A DNA stretch of 64,000 nt, from positions 15,711-79,710 of the IMG/VR virus record IMGVR_UViG_3300025137_003799, one strand, 5' to 3'. Shown here piece by piece: positions 19,591-28,870 of this stretch; the first letter of the stretch is position 1; each line of letters begins with the position of its first letter. Source of the stretch: a virus. A model generated the notes under the pieces. It was not told the DNA's origin. It did no database searches and saw only the letters and a program-made list of their open reading frames with translations. The translations under genes and the position numbers were made by a program.

Positions 19591-20785
19591 AATAGAGGAG
19601 TTGGGAGTACCAAAAAGTTTCTGCTTTGCTCCCTATACTAACTTAGATTTAGATCAAGACGGATCTTTCTATCCATGTTATAGAAGTAAAGTTAGACAGG
19701 GAAAATGGAAAGACGGCAAGGTAGTGGAAGCATACAATAACGAAAGTATGCAGGAACTTCGTGATGATCTATGGCACGGCAGAGAAAATGATAACTGTAT
19801 TCAATGTCATAGAAGAGAGTCTGAAGGACAAAGATCAACTAGACAACAATACAATGAAGATGTACTTGATAATCGTATTGAATCAACAGAGTTTGTTGAG
19901 AAAATTATAGACAATCATTTAGTTGCAAGAGTAGAAGATATACATACTATGGAAGTTCGTCCACATGGAATGTGTACAAATGCCTGTGCTCACTGTGATG
20001 AAAATAGCAGTAGCAGATGGATTGCCCTACAGGATCTTGACAATACACCTTTCCTAGAGAACTATAAAGATGAACCCAATGTATTGGATGATCTATATAA
20101 CAAAGCAACAAATTTAAAAGCCATACACTTTACAGGTGGCGAGCCTTTACTATATGAAAAGACACACCTACAACATTTACAAAACATACCCAATAAAGAA
20201 ACAGTTGAACTTAGGTATCACAGTTCCTTAAAAACTTTACCTGGAGATGACATACGTGAAATATGGAAAACATTTGGTCACGTTAAAATTTTCGTTAGTT
20301 TAGATACAAGTGAAAAGTTTTATGCATATTTTAGATGGGGAAGTAATTGGCCAACTACAATTGAAAACATAGAAGCAATACGAGATATAGTTGAAATACA
20401 GGCCACAATCACTGTCAATATATTAACAATGTTGGATATTGTTCCTCTTATAAACTACTTAGTTGACAATGATATTGGAATGAACTCAAGTTTTGTGGAT
20501 CCTCCACACCAGCTTAGTTGTGTTTATCTTCCAAATAAGTTAAAAGCAAGAGCATGTGGAGAACTAAATCAAGCTCGTTTTAAAGTACAACAATATAAAA
20601 CTCCAAAGCATATGAGACTAGCAACAAAATGGTTAGCAGAGATTCAAGAGTTTATGATGAGCCAGGATCATGGTAATAGTTGGCCGAAAGATACTATCAA
20701 TATGTTTAGAACCTTAGATCATGTATATGGATTATTAATTAAAAACTATGATGCAGATCTTGACTTTGCCGTGCCTGTAAAATGA
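19580..20785 (+). CDS. radical SAM protein with N-terminal SPASM/twitch-like domain
   Basis: FCFAPY..PC..CIQC, then CTNACAHC, TGGEP. Confidence 0.9.
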   Translation: MENKIEELGVPKSFCFAPYTNLDLDQDGSFYPCYRSKVRQGKWKDGKVVEAYNNESMQELRDDLWHGRENDNCIQCHRRESEGQRSTRQQYNEDVLDNRIESTEFVEKIIDNHLVARVEDIHTMEVRPHGMCTNACAHCDENSSSRWIALQDLDNTPFLENYKDEPNVLDDLYNKATNLKAIHFTGGEPLLYEKTHLQHLQNIPNKETVELRYHSSLKTLPGDDIREIWKTFGHVKIFVSLDTSEKFYAYFRWGSNWPTTIENIEAIRDIVEIQATITVNILTMLDIVPLINYLVDNDIGMNSSFVDPPHQLSCVYLPNKLKARACGELNQARFKVQQYKTPKHMRLATKWLAEIQEFMMSQDHGNSWPKDTINMFRTLDHVYGLLIKNYDADLDFAVPVK

Positions 20786-20943
20786 AAGAATATTTAAAAG
20801 ACTTTTGGTTTTGGTATAAAGACTTCGGTGTGAAGTACGGTTGGTTCTGGGCTTTTGGTTATGCAAGATTTAATGCATTATACTTTAATAGAAACGGCCA
20901 GTGGAAACGTAATACAAACGGAGAAATAAATGAAAACAAGTGA
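20782..20943 (+). CDS. 53-aa aromatic-rich peptide
   Basis: Hand-translated MKEYLKDFWFWYKDFGVKYGWFWAFGYARF...; ATGA overlap with the rSAM stop. Confidence 0.55.
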   Translation: MKEYLKDFWFWYKDFGVKYGWFWAFGYARFNALYFNRNGQWKRNTNGEINENK

Positions 20944-21019
20944 TTATGTCTTGCTTTATATCGTAAGTATTGCTATAATATATGCAAGTGTTGGAATTAT
21001 GATGGAGAATTACGGATGA
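20930..21019 (+). CDS. 29-aa hydrophobic peptide
   Basis: MKTSDYVLLYIVSIAIIYASVGIMMENYG; RBS GGAGA; ATGA overlap with the next gene. Confidence 0.5.
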   Translation: MKTSDYVLLYIVSIAIIYASVGIMMENYG

Positions 21020-21441
21020 AAGATAAATTTAAACAAGCATATATGGATGTCGCAGAACGGTTTGCACAATTAAGTACTGCTGAACGACTCCAAGTAGGTG
21101 CTATTGTAGTTAAAGATGATAGGATTATTAGCATTGGTTACAATGGAATGCCAAGTGGCTGGGATAATATATGTGAAGATGAAGTAGAAGAAAACAATAT
21201 TACACGCCTAGTAACTAAGACAGAAGTACTACATGCTGAAACAAATGCTATTTCAAAACTTGCTAGGAGTGTAGAAAGTGGAGAAGGAGCAACTATTTTT
21301 GTTACTCATGCACCCTGTATTGACTGTGCTAAGATGGTTTATCAAGCTGGTATCAGTACAATATACTACAAAAACGATTATCGTTCAGCTGGTGGGCTGG
21401 AATTCCTCAAAAAATGTGGATTAAAAGTAGAAAAGATTTAA
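21016..21441 (+). CDS. dCMP deaminase
   Basis: SIGYNG, HAE, PCIDC. Confidence 0.92.
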   Translation: MKDKFKQAYMDVAERFAQLSTAERLQVGAIVVKDDRIISIGYNGMPSGWDNICEDEVEENNITRLVTKTEVLHAETNAISKLARSVESGEGATIFVTHAPCIDCAKMVYQAGISTIYYKNDYRSAGGLEFLKKCGLKVEKI

Positions 21442-21520
21442 AAAGATTTACAAGTCCTTGTTATATAAGGTTTTTATTTAACAGTTTTAGGTTGACAGTA
21501 AGACGTTTTGGTGTTACTAT
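21441..21520 (+). promoter_or_regulatory. extended early promoter module
   Basis: TTGACA(21492)-N17-TACTAT; upstream CAAGTCCTTG; homologous to 61801-61904 on the minus strand. Confidence 0.7.
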
Positions 21521-21556
21521 CTATATATAAGCTAAAGAAACAAGGAGATGCTTTCA

Positions 21557-21901
21557 ATGACAAATGTACAACTAGACCAAATCCCAACTATTATCCAAGA
21601 AGCCAAAGAAGCCGCTTTTACAGCCGCTGATAAGTTTTTTAAAGAAAAACTAAACGGTCAGGACCAATATGCATGTGGATTTGCATGGGTTAACATTTAT
21701 GGTATTAAGATGAATACCAAAGTAGGTAAGGCTTTTAAAGAAGCAGGTCTTAGAAAAGACTACACAGGTGGTATTAATATGTGGAATCCATCAAAGTATG
21801 GTTGTCAAAATGTAGATACATTAGAAGCAGGTGCCCAAGCGGCCGCTGATGTGTTTAAAAAGTATGGCTTTAGAGCATATGCTGGTTCAAGGTTAGATTA
21901 A
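21557..21901 (+). CDS. conserved phage hypothetical protein
   Basis: ACGFAWV...YAGSRLD; RBS AAGGAG. Confidence 0.75.
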   Translation: MTNVQLDQIPTIIQEAKEAAFTAADKFFKEKLNGQDQYACGFAWVNIYGIKMNTKVGKAFKEAGLRKDYTGGINMWNPSKYGCQNVDTLEAGAQAAADVFKKYGFRAYAGSRLD

Positions 21902-21909
21902 TAAAAAGG

Positions 21910-21937
21910 TTGACAATACACTATTATAGTGTATACT
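21910..21937 (+). promoter_or_regulatory. sigma70-type promoter with palindromic spacer
   Basis: TTGACA-N16-TATACT; TACACTAT-T-ATAGTGTA inverted repeat. Confidence 0.7.
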
Positions 21938-21975
21938 TAAAATAAGAGTTAAGTTAATATTTCAGGAGAATGTAA

Positions 21976-23085
21976 ATGACTACAACAATTTCAGAAGCTC
22001 GTACTGTAAGAATTTCCGAAGCCAATCGACTTATTGTCAAGGCTTTTAGTAAGAAACGTCCTGTATTTTTATGGGGTCCTCCAGGTATTGGCAAGTCTGA
22101 ACTTGTTGATGGAATCGCTAAATCAGAAGTGCTGGGTAGAACGCTTGTTATTGACATGCGTCTTGCCCTTTTTGAGCCTACTGATCTGCGAGGGTATCCT
22201 GTTCCTGACGTAGCTAATGGTGTAATGCAATGGCTCCCCCCGGCTGATTTGCCCACACAGGAAACTGCTCAGGAATGGGATACTGTAATTTTATTCCTAG
22301 ACGAACTTAACTCAGCGGCTCCTAGCGTTCAAGCGGCCGCTTACCAGCTGATACTTAACAGACGTATTGGTCAGTATAAACTGCCAGAAAATGTTGTGGT
22401 AATTGCAGCAGGTAATCGTGAGACAGACAAAGGTGTTGCTTATAGAATGCCTAAGCCACTTGAGAACAGGTTTGTACACTTTGAGCTTCGTGTAGACTTT
22501 ACTGATTGGTTAAATTGGGCAGTAGATAACAATGTCAATGCTGATATAGTTGGTTACTTAACATTCGCTAAGAACGACTTATATAACTTTGATCCACAAA
22601 GTTCAAGCAGAGGATTCGCTACTCCTAGGGCATGGACTTTTGCAAGTGATCTATTAGAAGACGATGATCTTCCAGATAGTTTAACTACTGATCTAATTGC
22701 AGGTTGTGTAGGCGAGGGTGTAGCAATTAAGTTTATGGCACATAAAAAGATTGCAGGCGACTTGCCCAATCCAACTGATGTACTTGACGGTAAAATTAAG
22801 ACATTAGAAACTAAAGAAGTTAGTGCCATGTATGCTCTTGCAACCAGCCTATGTTATGAGTTGCGAGAAAGAAACCAACGTGGTGAAAAAGCTAAAAACT
22901 TAGATAGCTATCACAAGGCATTTAGTAACTTTATTGGCTTCATGCTAGATAATTTTGAGACTGAGATGACTGTTATGGCTAGTAGGATTGCTATGCAAAA
23001 CTATAAACTAGTTCCAAAGCAGGACAAAATTGAAAGATTTAATGAGTACTTTGAACGTTATGGTAGACTCGTACTTGACGCCTAA
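21976..23085 (+). CDS. MoxR-like AAA+ ATPase
   Basis: GPPGIGKS Walker A, LFLDE Walker B, AAGN, NRF, TPR. Confidence 0.88.
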   Translation: MTTTISEARTVRISEANRLIVKAFSKKRPVFLWGPPGIGKSELVDGIAKSEVLGRTLVIDMRLALFEPTDLRGYPVPDVANGVMQWLPPADLPTQETAQEWDTVILFLDELNSAAPSVQAAAYQLILNRRIGQYKLPENVVVIAAGNRETDKGVAYRMPKPLENRFVHFELRVDFTDWLNWAVDNNVNADIVGYLTFAKNDLYNFDPQSSSRGFATPRAWTFASDLLEDDDLPDSLTTDLIAGCVGEGVAIKFMAHKKIAGDLPNPTDVLDGKIKTLETKEVSAMYALATSLCYELRERNQRGEKAKNLDSYHKAFSNFIGFMLDNFETEMTVMASRIAMQNYKLVPKQDKIERFNEYFERYGRLVLDA

Positions 23086-23392
23086 ACTGAAGGAGGGAGA
23101 GACAATTGATCTTTCCCTTTTTCAACCACGTGAACGGGTTAGTATTCGTTTATATGGATTAGTGAATAAGGACTGGACACCCCAGGATGTATTTGAATAT
23201 AAAACCAAATGGAAGCCAGAAGCAGAAGTGGTAAATATTAGAGGTAACTTAGACAAAGCCCAAGCCTGGTGTAAGACACATTTATATATGCAGGATTGGG
23301 ATATAGTAAAACATGCAATGCCAGACGATAGTCACAATGTTTTATTTAAAAATGCCAAAGAAGCAATGCTATTTAGGTTAAGTTTAGGTTGA
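23060..23392 (+). CDS. hypothetical protein
   Basis: ORF between the ATPase and the VWA gene. Confidence 0.6.
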   Translation: MVDSYLTPKLKEGETIDLSLFQPRERVSIRLYGLVNKDWTPQDVFEYKTKWKPEAEVVNIRGNLDKAQAWCKTHLYMQDWDIVKHAMPDDSHNVLFKNAKEAMLFRLSLG

Positions 23393-23417
23393 CAAGTATA
23401 CAATTAGATAGTATACT
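23389..23417 (+). promoter_or_regulatory. sigma70-type promoter
   Basis: TTGACA-N17-TATACT; AGTATAC/GTATACT inverted repeat. Confidence 0.7.
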
Positions 23418-23446
23418 ATAGGTAGAATTAAAGAACAGGAGTTCAT

Positions 23447-24655
23447 ATGTTAAAGACTGCAGAAGAACGTATTACACAAAGTAGGGTTAGGTTATTATTA
23501 ACTAAGCCATTCTTTGGTACATTGGCTACTAGATTGCGTCTACAGGAAGTTGAATCTATTCCTACTGCTGGTACAGACGGTAGGCATTTCTACTTCAATA
23601 GAGAATTTATTAATCGTTTAGACGAAGGTGAACTTGATTTCCTAGTTGGACATGAAGTATTACATTGTGTATATGATCATATGCAGGCACGTGGTGATAG
23701 AAACCATGTACTGTATAATATTGCATGTGATTTTAATATTAATATGGAACTTATTACACAGAATATTGGTAAACTAATTGGTGAAGATAAACTAAACGGC
23801 GGCAAGCCTTGTTTAGATTGGAAATACCAGGGCAAGAACAGTTACGAGATTTACGATGAATTATTCCAGAGTGCAGAAGACGGCGGAACAGACGATCTAG
23901 CAGGTATGGACATTCATTTTGATGGTGAAGATGGTGACGGTGAAGGCTCTGGATATAAAGATGGTAATGGTAATCCTATTAAAGGTATGTCAGAAGAAGA
24001 AAAGAAGGCGTTAGGCGACGAGATAAAGCAGGCTGTTATTAATGCAGCTCAGGGTGCAGGACAAGAAGTACCAGAGACTATTAAACGTATGGTAGCAGAG
24101 TTGACAGCACCTAAGCTGGACTGGACAGATGTACTTCGTGTAAGTATTGAAAGCAGTCTAAAGAACGACTTTACTTTTTTAAGACCAAGTAAGCGTTCTG
24201 GAGAAGTTATTTTTCCAGGTATGAACAAAGACGAGATGTTGAATATTGCTATTGCACTTGATATGTCTGGTTCAATTGCTGATAGTGTTGCAAAGGAAAT
24301 GCTTAGTGAAGTACAAGGCATTATGGGACAATATAGTGATTATAAGATTACTGTATTCTGTTTTGATACTGGTGTATATAATGTAGATACGTTCTCAAGT
24401 GATGACGGACGTTTAATTACAGAGTATGATTTAGCTGGTGGTGGTGGAACAGACTTTGATGTAGTATATAAGTATATGGAACAACAAGGTCTTGAACCTG
24501 ATCAGCTTATTATGTTTACAGATGGTTATCCGTGGGGTAGTTGGGGAAATCCAGACTACTGTGATACACTATTTGTTATTCATGGTGATGAACAAAAACA
24601 AATTACTGCACCGTTTGGTATGACAGTACATTATGATACTGCATCAACAAGTTAA
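23447..24655 (+). CDS. metallopeptidase-VWA domain protein (DUF2201-like)
   Basis: TAGTDG, HEVLH, MIDAS DMSGS, GGGGTDF, FTDG. Confidence 0.85.
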   Translation: MLKTAEERITQSRVRLLLTKPFFGTLATRLRLQEVESIPTAGTDGRHFYFNREFINRLDEGELDFLVGHEVLHCVYDHMQARGDRNHVLYNIACDFNINMELITQNIGKLIGEDKLNGGKPCLDWKYQGKNSYEIYDELFQSAEDGGTDDLAGMDIHFDGEDGDGEGSGYKDGNGNPIKGMSEEEKKALGDEIKQAVINAAQGAGQEVPETIKRMVAELTAPKLDWTDVLRVSIESSLKNDFTFLRPSKRSGEVIFPGMNKDEMLNIAIALDMSGSIADSVAKEMLSEVQGIMGQYSDYKITVFCFDTGVYNVDTFSSDDGRLITEYDLAGGGGTDFDVVYKYMEQQGLEPDQLIMFTDGYPWGSWGNPDYCDTLFVIHGDEQKQITAPFGMTVHYDTASTS

Positions 24656-24744
24656 GGAATGACACAATTAAAATTATTAAAAATAGTGGTAGTCTAAGTG
24701 AAACAGATTTAGGACTACTACAAGGAACAGATCTTCTATTAAAC

Positions 24745-24957
24745 ATGATGAGGAATAGAAGATTAATTATGATTGATCATGGTAAAGAAATTGACTGGTT
24801 AAAACTAATGGAAAATGTTAGTGGCCTTTACCATATCAGACGTATTGATAGTGATAAACTATTTCAATGCTGGTTCGAATCACCTATAGATATGGAACAG
24901 TTCGAAAAGAACTTGTATCTAGCAAAATTAGGTGATGTGAGCAATATTGTAGTCTAA
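24745..24957 (+). CDS. hypothetical protein (true start may be upstream)
   Basis: Frame open back to 24637 without an ATG. Confidence 0.55.
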   Translation: MMRNRRLIMIDHGKEIDWLKLMENVSGLYHIRRIDSDKLFQCWFESPIDMEQFEKNLYLAKLGDVSNIVV

Positions 24958-25023
24958 TGGAACTATCCATAGGCATAAATAAACATAGCAGTTAATTATA
25001 ATTCATATTAAAGGAGAAACAAA

Positions 25024-25335
25024 ATGACTGAAGACAACTCGACAACAATGCCCGCAGACGCAAAAGAAATACCAGCCGATGCAAAAATGATGAATTCACC
25101 AGTGAATGGTGAGCCAATCCCAATCTCATTAACAGGTGGAGACCTAACGTTAATCGCTAACGTAATTGATTTAGCAGTACAACGTGGCGCATATAAAGGC
25201 GCAGAAGCTCAAACAGTTGGTGCGGCTTTTAACAAGCTGATATCAATTATTCAAGCAATCACTCCTGCCCAACCGGCAGCAGAAGGTGATGCGCCAACAA
25301 CAGAAGCGCCTGCAGAAGGTACTTCAAAGGAGTAA
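25024..25335 (+). CDS. hypothetical protein, late-promoter driven
   Basis: CATAAATA at 24974, RBS AAGGAG. Confidence 0.75.
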   Translation: MTEDNSTTMPADAKEIPADAKMMNSPVNGEPIPISLTGGDLTLIANVIDLAVQRGAYKGAEAQTVGAAFNKLISIIQAITPAQPAAEGDAPTTEAPAEGTSKE

Positions 25336-25340
25336 TAGAA

Positions 25341-25943
25341 ATGGCAAATATTAAACATGTAGGACAATTAAAATCATCAGGGAGACGATGTATTGTTGTC
25401 TTCAGAGAAGTTCCAGATCAGATAGATCATTGTTTAGTCGTTGATACAGATGCATTAGCAGACTGGATGCACGACGATATGATCAATGCAGTTGAGTCCC
25501 CCGGTGCTCAGGAAAGTGGAAACTTTTACGAGTACGCTCAAAGAACTATGTTCACTGATGGTAGTAATATGCTACAATCACTACACGCGAAGGGCTTGTT
25601 AATGAAACAACCTATTACCAATATTCTAATGACACCTAACGGATCAGTTAGTATTGGACTGGATGAACTGAATAAAATGATTTCAGAACAGACTAGTGGA
25701 GCACCAAGTGTAGCACCGCCTGTTGATCCAGCAGACTTAACTATGGCAGGCAAAGGTGAAAATCCAATCGCCAATACAGTGGCACAACCACAGGCACCAA
25801 TTGATGACACAGCAATGGCACAAGGTTTATTGAATCAGGCCGCATCCTTTGAGAATGAAGCAAAGGCTCTCAGAGAACAAGCATTTGAAATGTCTCCTTC
25901 ACTAAAGCCAAAAAGAGGCAGGCCTTCTAAAGCAAAAGTATAA
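25341..25943 (+). CDS. conserved phage hypothetical protein with C-terminal KRGRP (AT-hook-like) motif
   Basis: KHVGQ...VVFREVP; PKRGRPSK. Confidence 0.75.
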   Translation: MANIKHVGQLKSSGRRCIVVFREVPDQIDHCLVVDTDALADWMHDDMINAVESPGAQESGNFYEYAQRTMFTDGSNMLQSLHAKGLLMKQPITNILMTPNGSVSIGLDELNKMISEQTSGAPSVAPPVDPADLTMAGKGENPIANTVAQPQAPIDDTAMAQGLLNQAASFENEAKALREQAFEMSPSLKPKRGRPSKAKV

Positions 25944-25964
25944 CTTAATATTTGTTAAGATTTA

Positions 25965-25998
25965 GAGAGTCCGATTGCATCACTGTGGTTGGGCTCTT
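25965..25998 (+). terminator. G-U-rich RNA hairpin (possible terminator or processing site)
   Basis: GAGAGTCCGATTGCA-tcac-TGTGGTTGGGCTCTT. Confidence 0.45.
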
Positions 25999-26041
25999 GC
26001 CTTGAAAAGAATAAATACAAGTGTGCAAAGGAGTACACCAA

Positions 26042-26347
26042 ATGGCAATCATAAGAAAAGATAGATCATTCGACAAGATTTTTGATGAAGTAACACTAGA
26101 AAAAATACCAATGCATTATATATTAGAGGTTAGATTACACCTAGCTGATGGAACAAGTATAGATCTAGACAGAAGTAAGGTAGTACATCTTAGGGATCCT
26201 AGTGAAATTACTCAAATGGTAGGCAGAACAGATGTAACTGATGTAGCAATTAGTTTAGACTATGAGAATATTAAAAAGGATATCAGTAATAAAGTTAAAG
26301 GTGTATTGGGTACGTTCTTTAAAGAAGATAAAGAGGAACCAAAATGA
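26042..26347 (+). CDS. hypothetical protein
   Basis: RBS AAGGAG; AATAAATA upstream. Confidence 0.7.
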   Translation: MAIIRKDRSFDKIFDEVTLEKIPMHYILEVRLHLADGTSIDLDRSKVVHLRDPSEITQMVGRTDVTDVAISLDYENIKKDISNKVKGVLGTFFKEDKEEPK

Positions 26348-27027
26348 GTAATGAATATGTAAGTCCTCTAGCGACTCAGGAATATAAAGGTCCTGGAGAC
26401 TACTTGGGTGCAATAAAAGAACACTTTGACAAACAGAATTATTCAAGAGAACGATGGGCTACGCATTCAGAAAGTAGCCATAATCTAATACCTTATGTAA
26501 ACAATTTAAAACCAAATCTAGTATTAGATATTGGTTGTGGCACAAATCCATACAAAGGAGAAATTGATAATCTTATTGGAATGGATCTTGGGAATTATCC
26601 TGAAGCTGATATTAACCTGAGTTGCAATAGAGTACATGAACTAGGTATTTTTCAGCCGGGTTGTGCTGATGTAGTAATGGCTCTAGGTTCAATTAACTTT
26701 GGATCATTTGAAGATATTAAAAGACAGATCAGTATATGTATTGATTGGTGTAAACCTGGCGGACAACTTATAATGAGATGTAGATTAGGAAAAGATAATC
26801 CAAGGAACAGAAATAATGATAGACATCTATTTAAAACGTTTAATCAACATCCTTGGAAATGGGATCAAATATATGAGATCACTGAACTCTGGAAAGACCG
26901 TGTAGAATTTTTACACGAGCCAATACCAGAAACAGCCGCTGGAGGCGATACTAATGGCGCTGGGCATGGTAAGCCTGATCCTAATAGAAATATAGACTTA
27001 GCAGTCTGGTACTGGAGAAAACTATGA
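26344..27027 (+). CDS. class I SAM-dependent methyltransferase
   Basis: VLDIGCGTN, DVVMALGSINF, KPGG. Confidence 0.8.
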   Translation: MSNEYVSPLATQEYKGPGDYLGAIKEHFDKQNYSRERWATHSESSHNLIPYVNNLKPNLVLDIGCGTNPYKGEIDNLIGMDLGNYPEADINLSCNRVHELGIFQPGCADVVMALGSINFGSFEDIKRQISICIDWCKPGGQLIMRCRLGKDNPRNRNNDRHLFKTFNQHPWKWDQIYEITELWKDRVEFLHEPIPETAAGGDTNGAGHGKPDPNRNIDLAVWYWRKL

Positions 27028-28172
27028 AAATAAATGATATACTTTATGAAGCATTACCGCCTGATGACAACCCTTTTGGAGACGACAAAAGATCTCAGAA
27101 AGATAAAGAAAAAGCGGCATATATGGCTAGTCTTACAAAGGTCGCAACGTGGATGGGTCCAAACAGTAAAACTTGGAATGATGCATCAAACAAACTAGCA
27201 ATTAAGATGTACAAACAAGGATACAATCCTAAAGAAATATGGGGAATAACACAAAACATAATGGGAACAGATGGTCATTGGCGCCAAGAAATAGATGATA
27301 GTGGATCTCGTCTAATTCCAAATGCTAAAGGTGATACTATGGGAGATCAGATATATCACCCTGAACTTTATAAAGCATATCCAGGAATGAGAGACATACC
27401 AATTGATGCAAATTGGGACAACAGAGGATCTAGTGCTGGAGGAATGGTAAGTAATGGTAAAATTTATATTGGAAGTTACTACTCAGATGATAAAACTAAA
27501 ATTGAAGACAGACGAAGACTTGGAACAGGAAATCACGAATGGGGTCATGTAATTCAAAATAAATTTGAACCAAAATTTAGTGACGGAGACAATCCAAGGA
27601 CAGACTTAATTACAACAGTTGCTAGACAAAATAATATTACTCCTGATGCGGCATACAACGCCAAGGGCGGTGAGCATATGACTAGTGCTTCTGAGGTTAG
27701 ACATGATATGTCAAAGTCGGAGAGAGCAGCTACATTTCCTGACTTAACTCAGGGTGCAGACTTTAATCCTGCAAAAAGAATTACTATAGATAAAACTGAT
27801 AAAGTTCCAGCATTTGACTATAACAATCCAAACAAAAATAGAAATGCAATTAAAGGTGTTAGTGGTCCGCTCAAGGATATAGGCCTGGGAACGAAGCATG
27901 TAACGTTTGATAATCCACATCTTACTGACATATATCGAGATCCTAGCAAAGCTGATCTTGACAAAATTAGACGAGATTTAGCAGGAGGCAATACCTCAGG
28001 CAGTGGAGGCTCAGGTGCAGGCGGAACCAAACCTATAAAGAGACCCACTGGAAATAAAAAAATAAAGTATGGTGGAAAAGGTAAAAACGGTCTAGGAACA
28101 ATGACAAGTACGGGCCAAGTATTAGATTGGAAACCTAAATCAGACGCTCCACCAGGAGCAGACGGCAAATGA
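27024..28172 (+). CDS. LPD23-like / HExxH metallopeptidase protein, possible internal head protein
   Basis: GTDGHWRQEIDD, HPELYKAYP, HEWGH; N-terminus MKINDILYE; Gly-rich linker. Confidence 0.55.
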   Translation: MKINDILYEALPPDDNPFGDDKRSQKDKEKAAYMASLTKVATWMGPNSKTWNDASNKLAIKMYKQGYNPKEIWGITQNIMGTDGHWRQEIDDSGSRLIPNAKGDTMGDQIYHPELYKAYPGMRDIPIDANWDNRGSSAGGMVSNGKIYIGSYYSDDKTKIEDRRRLGTGNHEWGHVIQNKFEPKFSDGDNPRTDLITTVARQNNITPDAAYNAKGGEHMTSASEVRHDMSKSERAATFPDLTQGADFNPAKRITIDKTDKVPAFDYNNPNKNRNAIKGVSGPLKDIGLGTKHVTFDNPHLTDIYRDPSKADLDKIRRDLAGGNTSGSGGSGAGGTKPIKRPTGNKKIKYGGKGKNGLGTMTSTGQVLDWKPKSDAPPGADGK

Positions 28173-28360
28173 AAATAGATGATATTCTTAAATTACCCAG
28201 TATAAAAATCGGAGACGAGATCATGGTGGGTAAATTTAAGAATCGTAAAGCAGTAGTTACTGGATTTACAAAAGATGAAAATAATCAGCCTGTTTTAAAA
28301 ACAACCAAAGGCGACCAAAAACTATTTAAACCAAGGATAGTTAAACTAATGGATAAGTAA
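28169..28360 (+). CDS. small SH3/KOW-like hypothetical protein
   Basis: IKIGDEIMVGKFKN. Confidence 0.6.
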   Translation: MKIDDILKLPSIKIGDEIMVGKFKNRKAVVTGFTKDENNQPVLKTTKGDQKLFKPRIVKLMDK

Positions 28361-28361
28361 A

Positions 28362-28607
28362 ATGAAATTAGACTTACATGGCTATAGAGTCCACGATGCC
28401 TGGCATAAATTTAAATTACATATACTAGAATGTTACCATTATAAATATAAGCACACAACAATTGTAACAGGTCACGGCAAAATCTCTGAGGAGATTAAAG
28501 ACTGGTGTGTAGCCAGTCCTTACGTCAGACATGTAGAACGAATGTCCCCAAATACTGGAGCATATAAATTAACTTTCTGGAAACAGAAGAGCGGATACAA
28601 TAAATGA
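28362..28607 (+). CDS. Smr-domain protein
   Basis: LDLHGY, IVTGHG, NTGA. Confidence 0.75.
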   Translation: MKLDLHGYRVHDAWHKFKLHILECYHYKYKHTTIVTGHGKISEEIKDWCVASPYVRHVERMSPNTGAYKLTFWKQKSGYNK

Positions 28608-28870
28608 ATTTCTTTAAAAAAGCAAAACATCATCTAGCCGTAGAAACAGGCTGGGGTTACTGGTACCACTTGTGGCATAGTCTAAAAAATAGTTGGACTC
28701 TACTTGTGATTGTTTTTAAAAGTACCGTACATGGATTTTGTCCATGGATATGGAAAGCAGATGCTCCACTTGGTGTTATTAAATTATACCATCAGATTAT
28801 GAAGATAGATCATATTAACAAACAAGATAAACTGAGGCAAAAACCAAAAAATGAACGATACCGAGATTAA
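28604..28870 (+). CDS. hypothetical protein (His/Trp-rich)
   Basis: HHL...GYWYHLWHS...VHGFCPW. Confidence 0.6.
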   Translation: MNFFKKAKHHLAVETGWGYWYHLWHSLKNSWTLLVIVFKSTVHGFCPWIWKADAPLGVIKLYHQIMKIDHINKQDKLRQKPKNERYRD

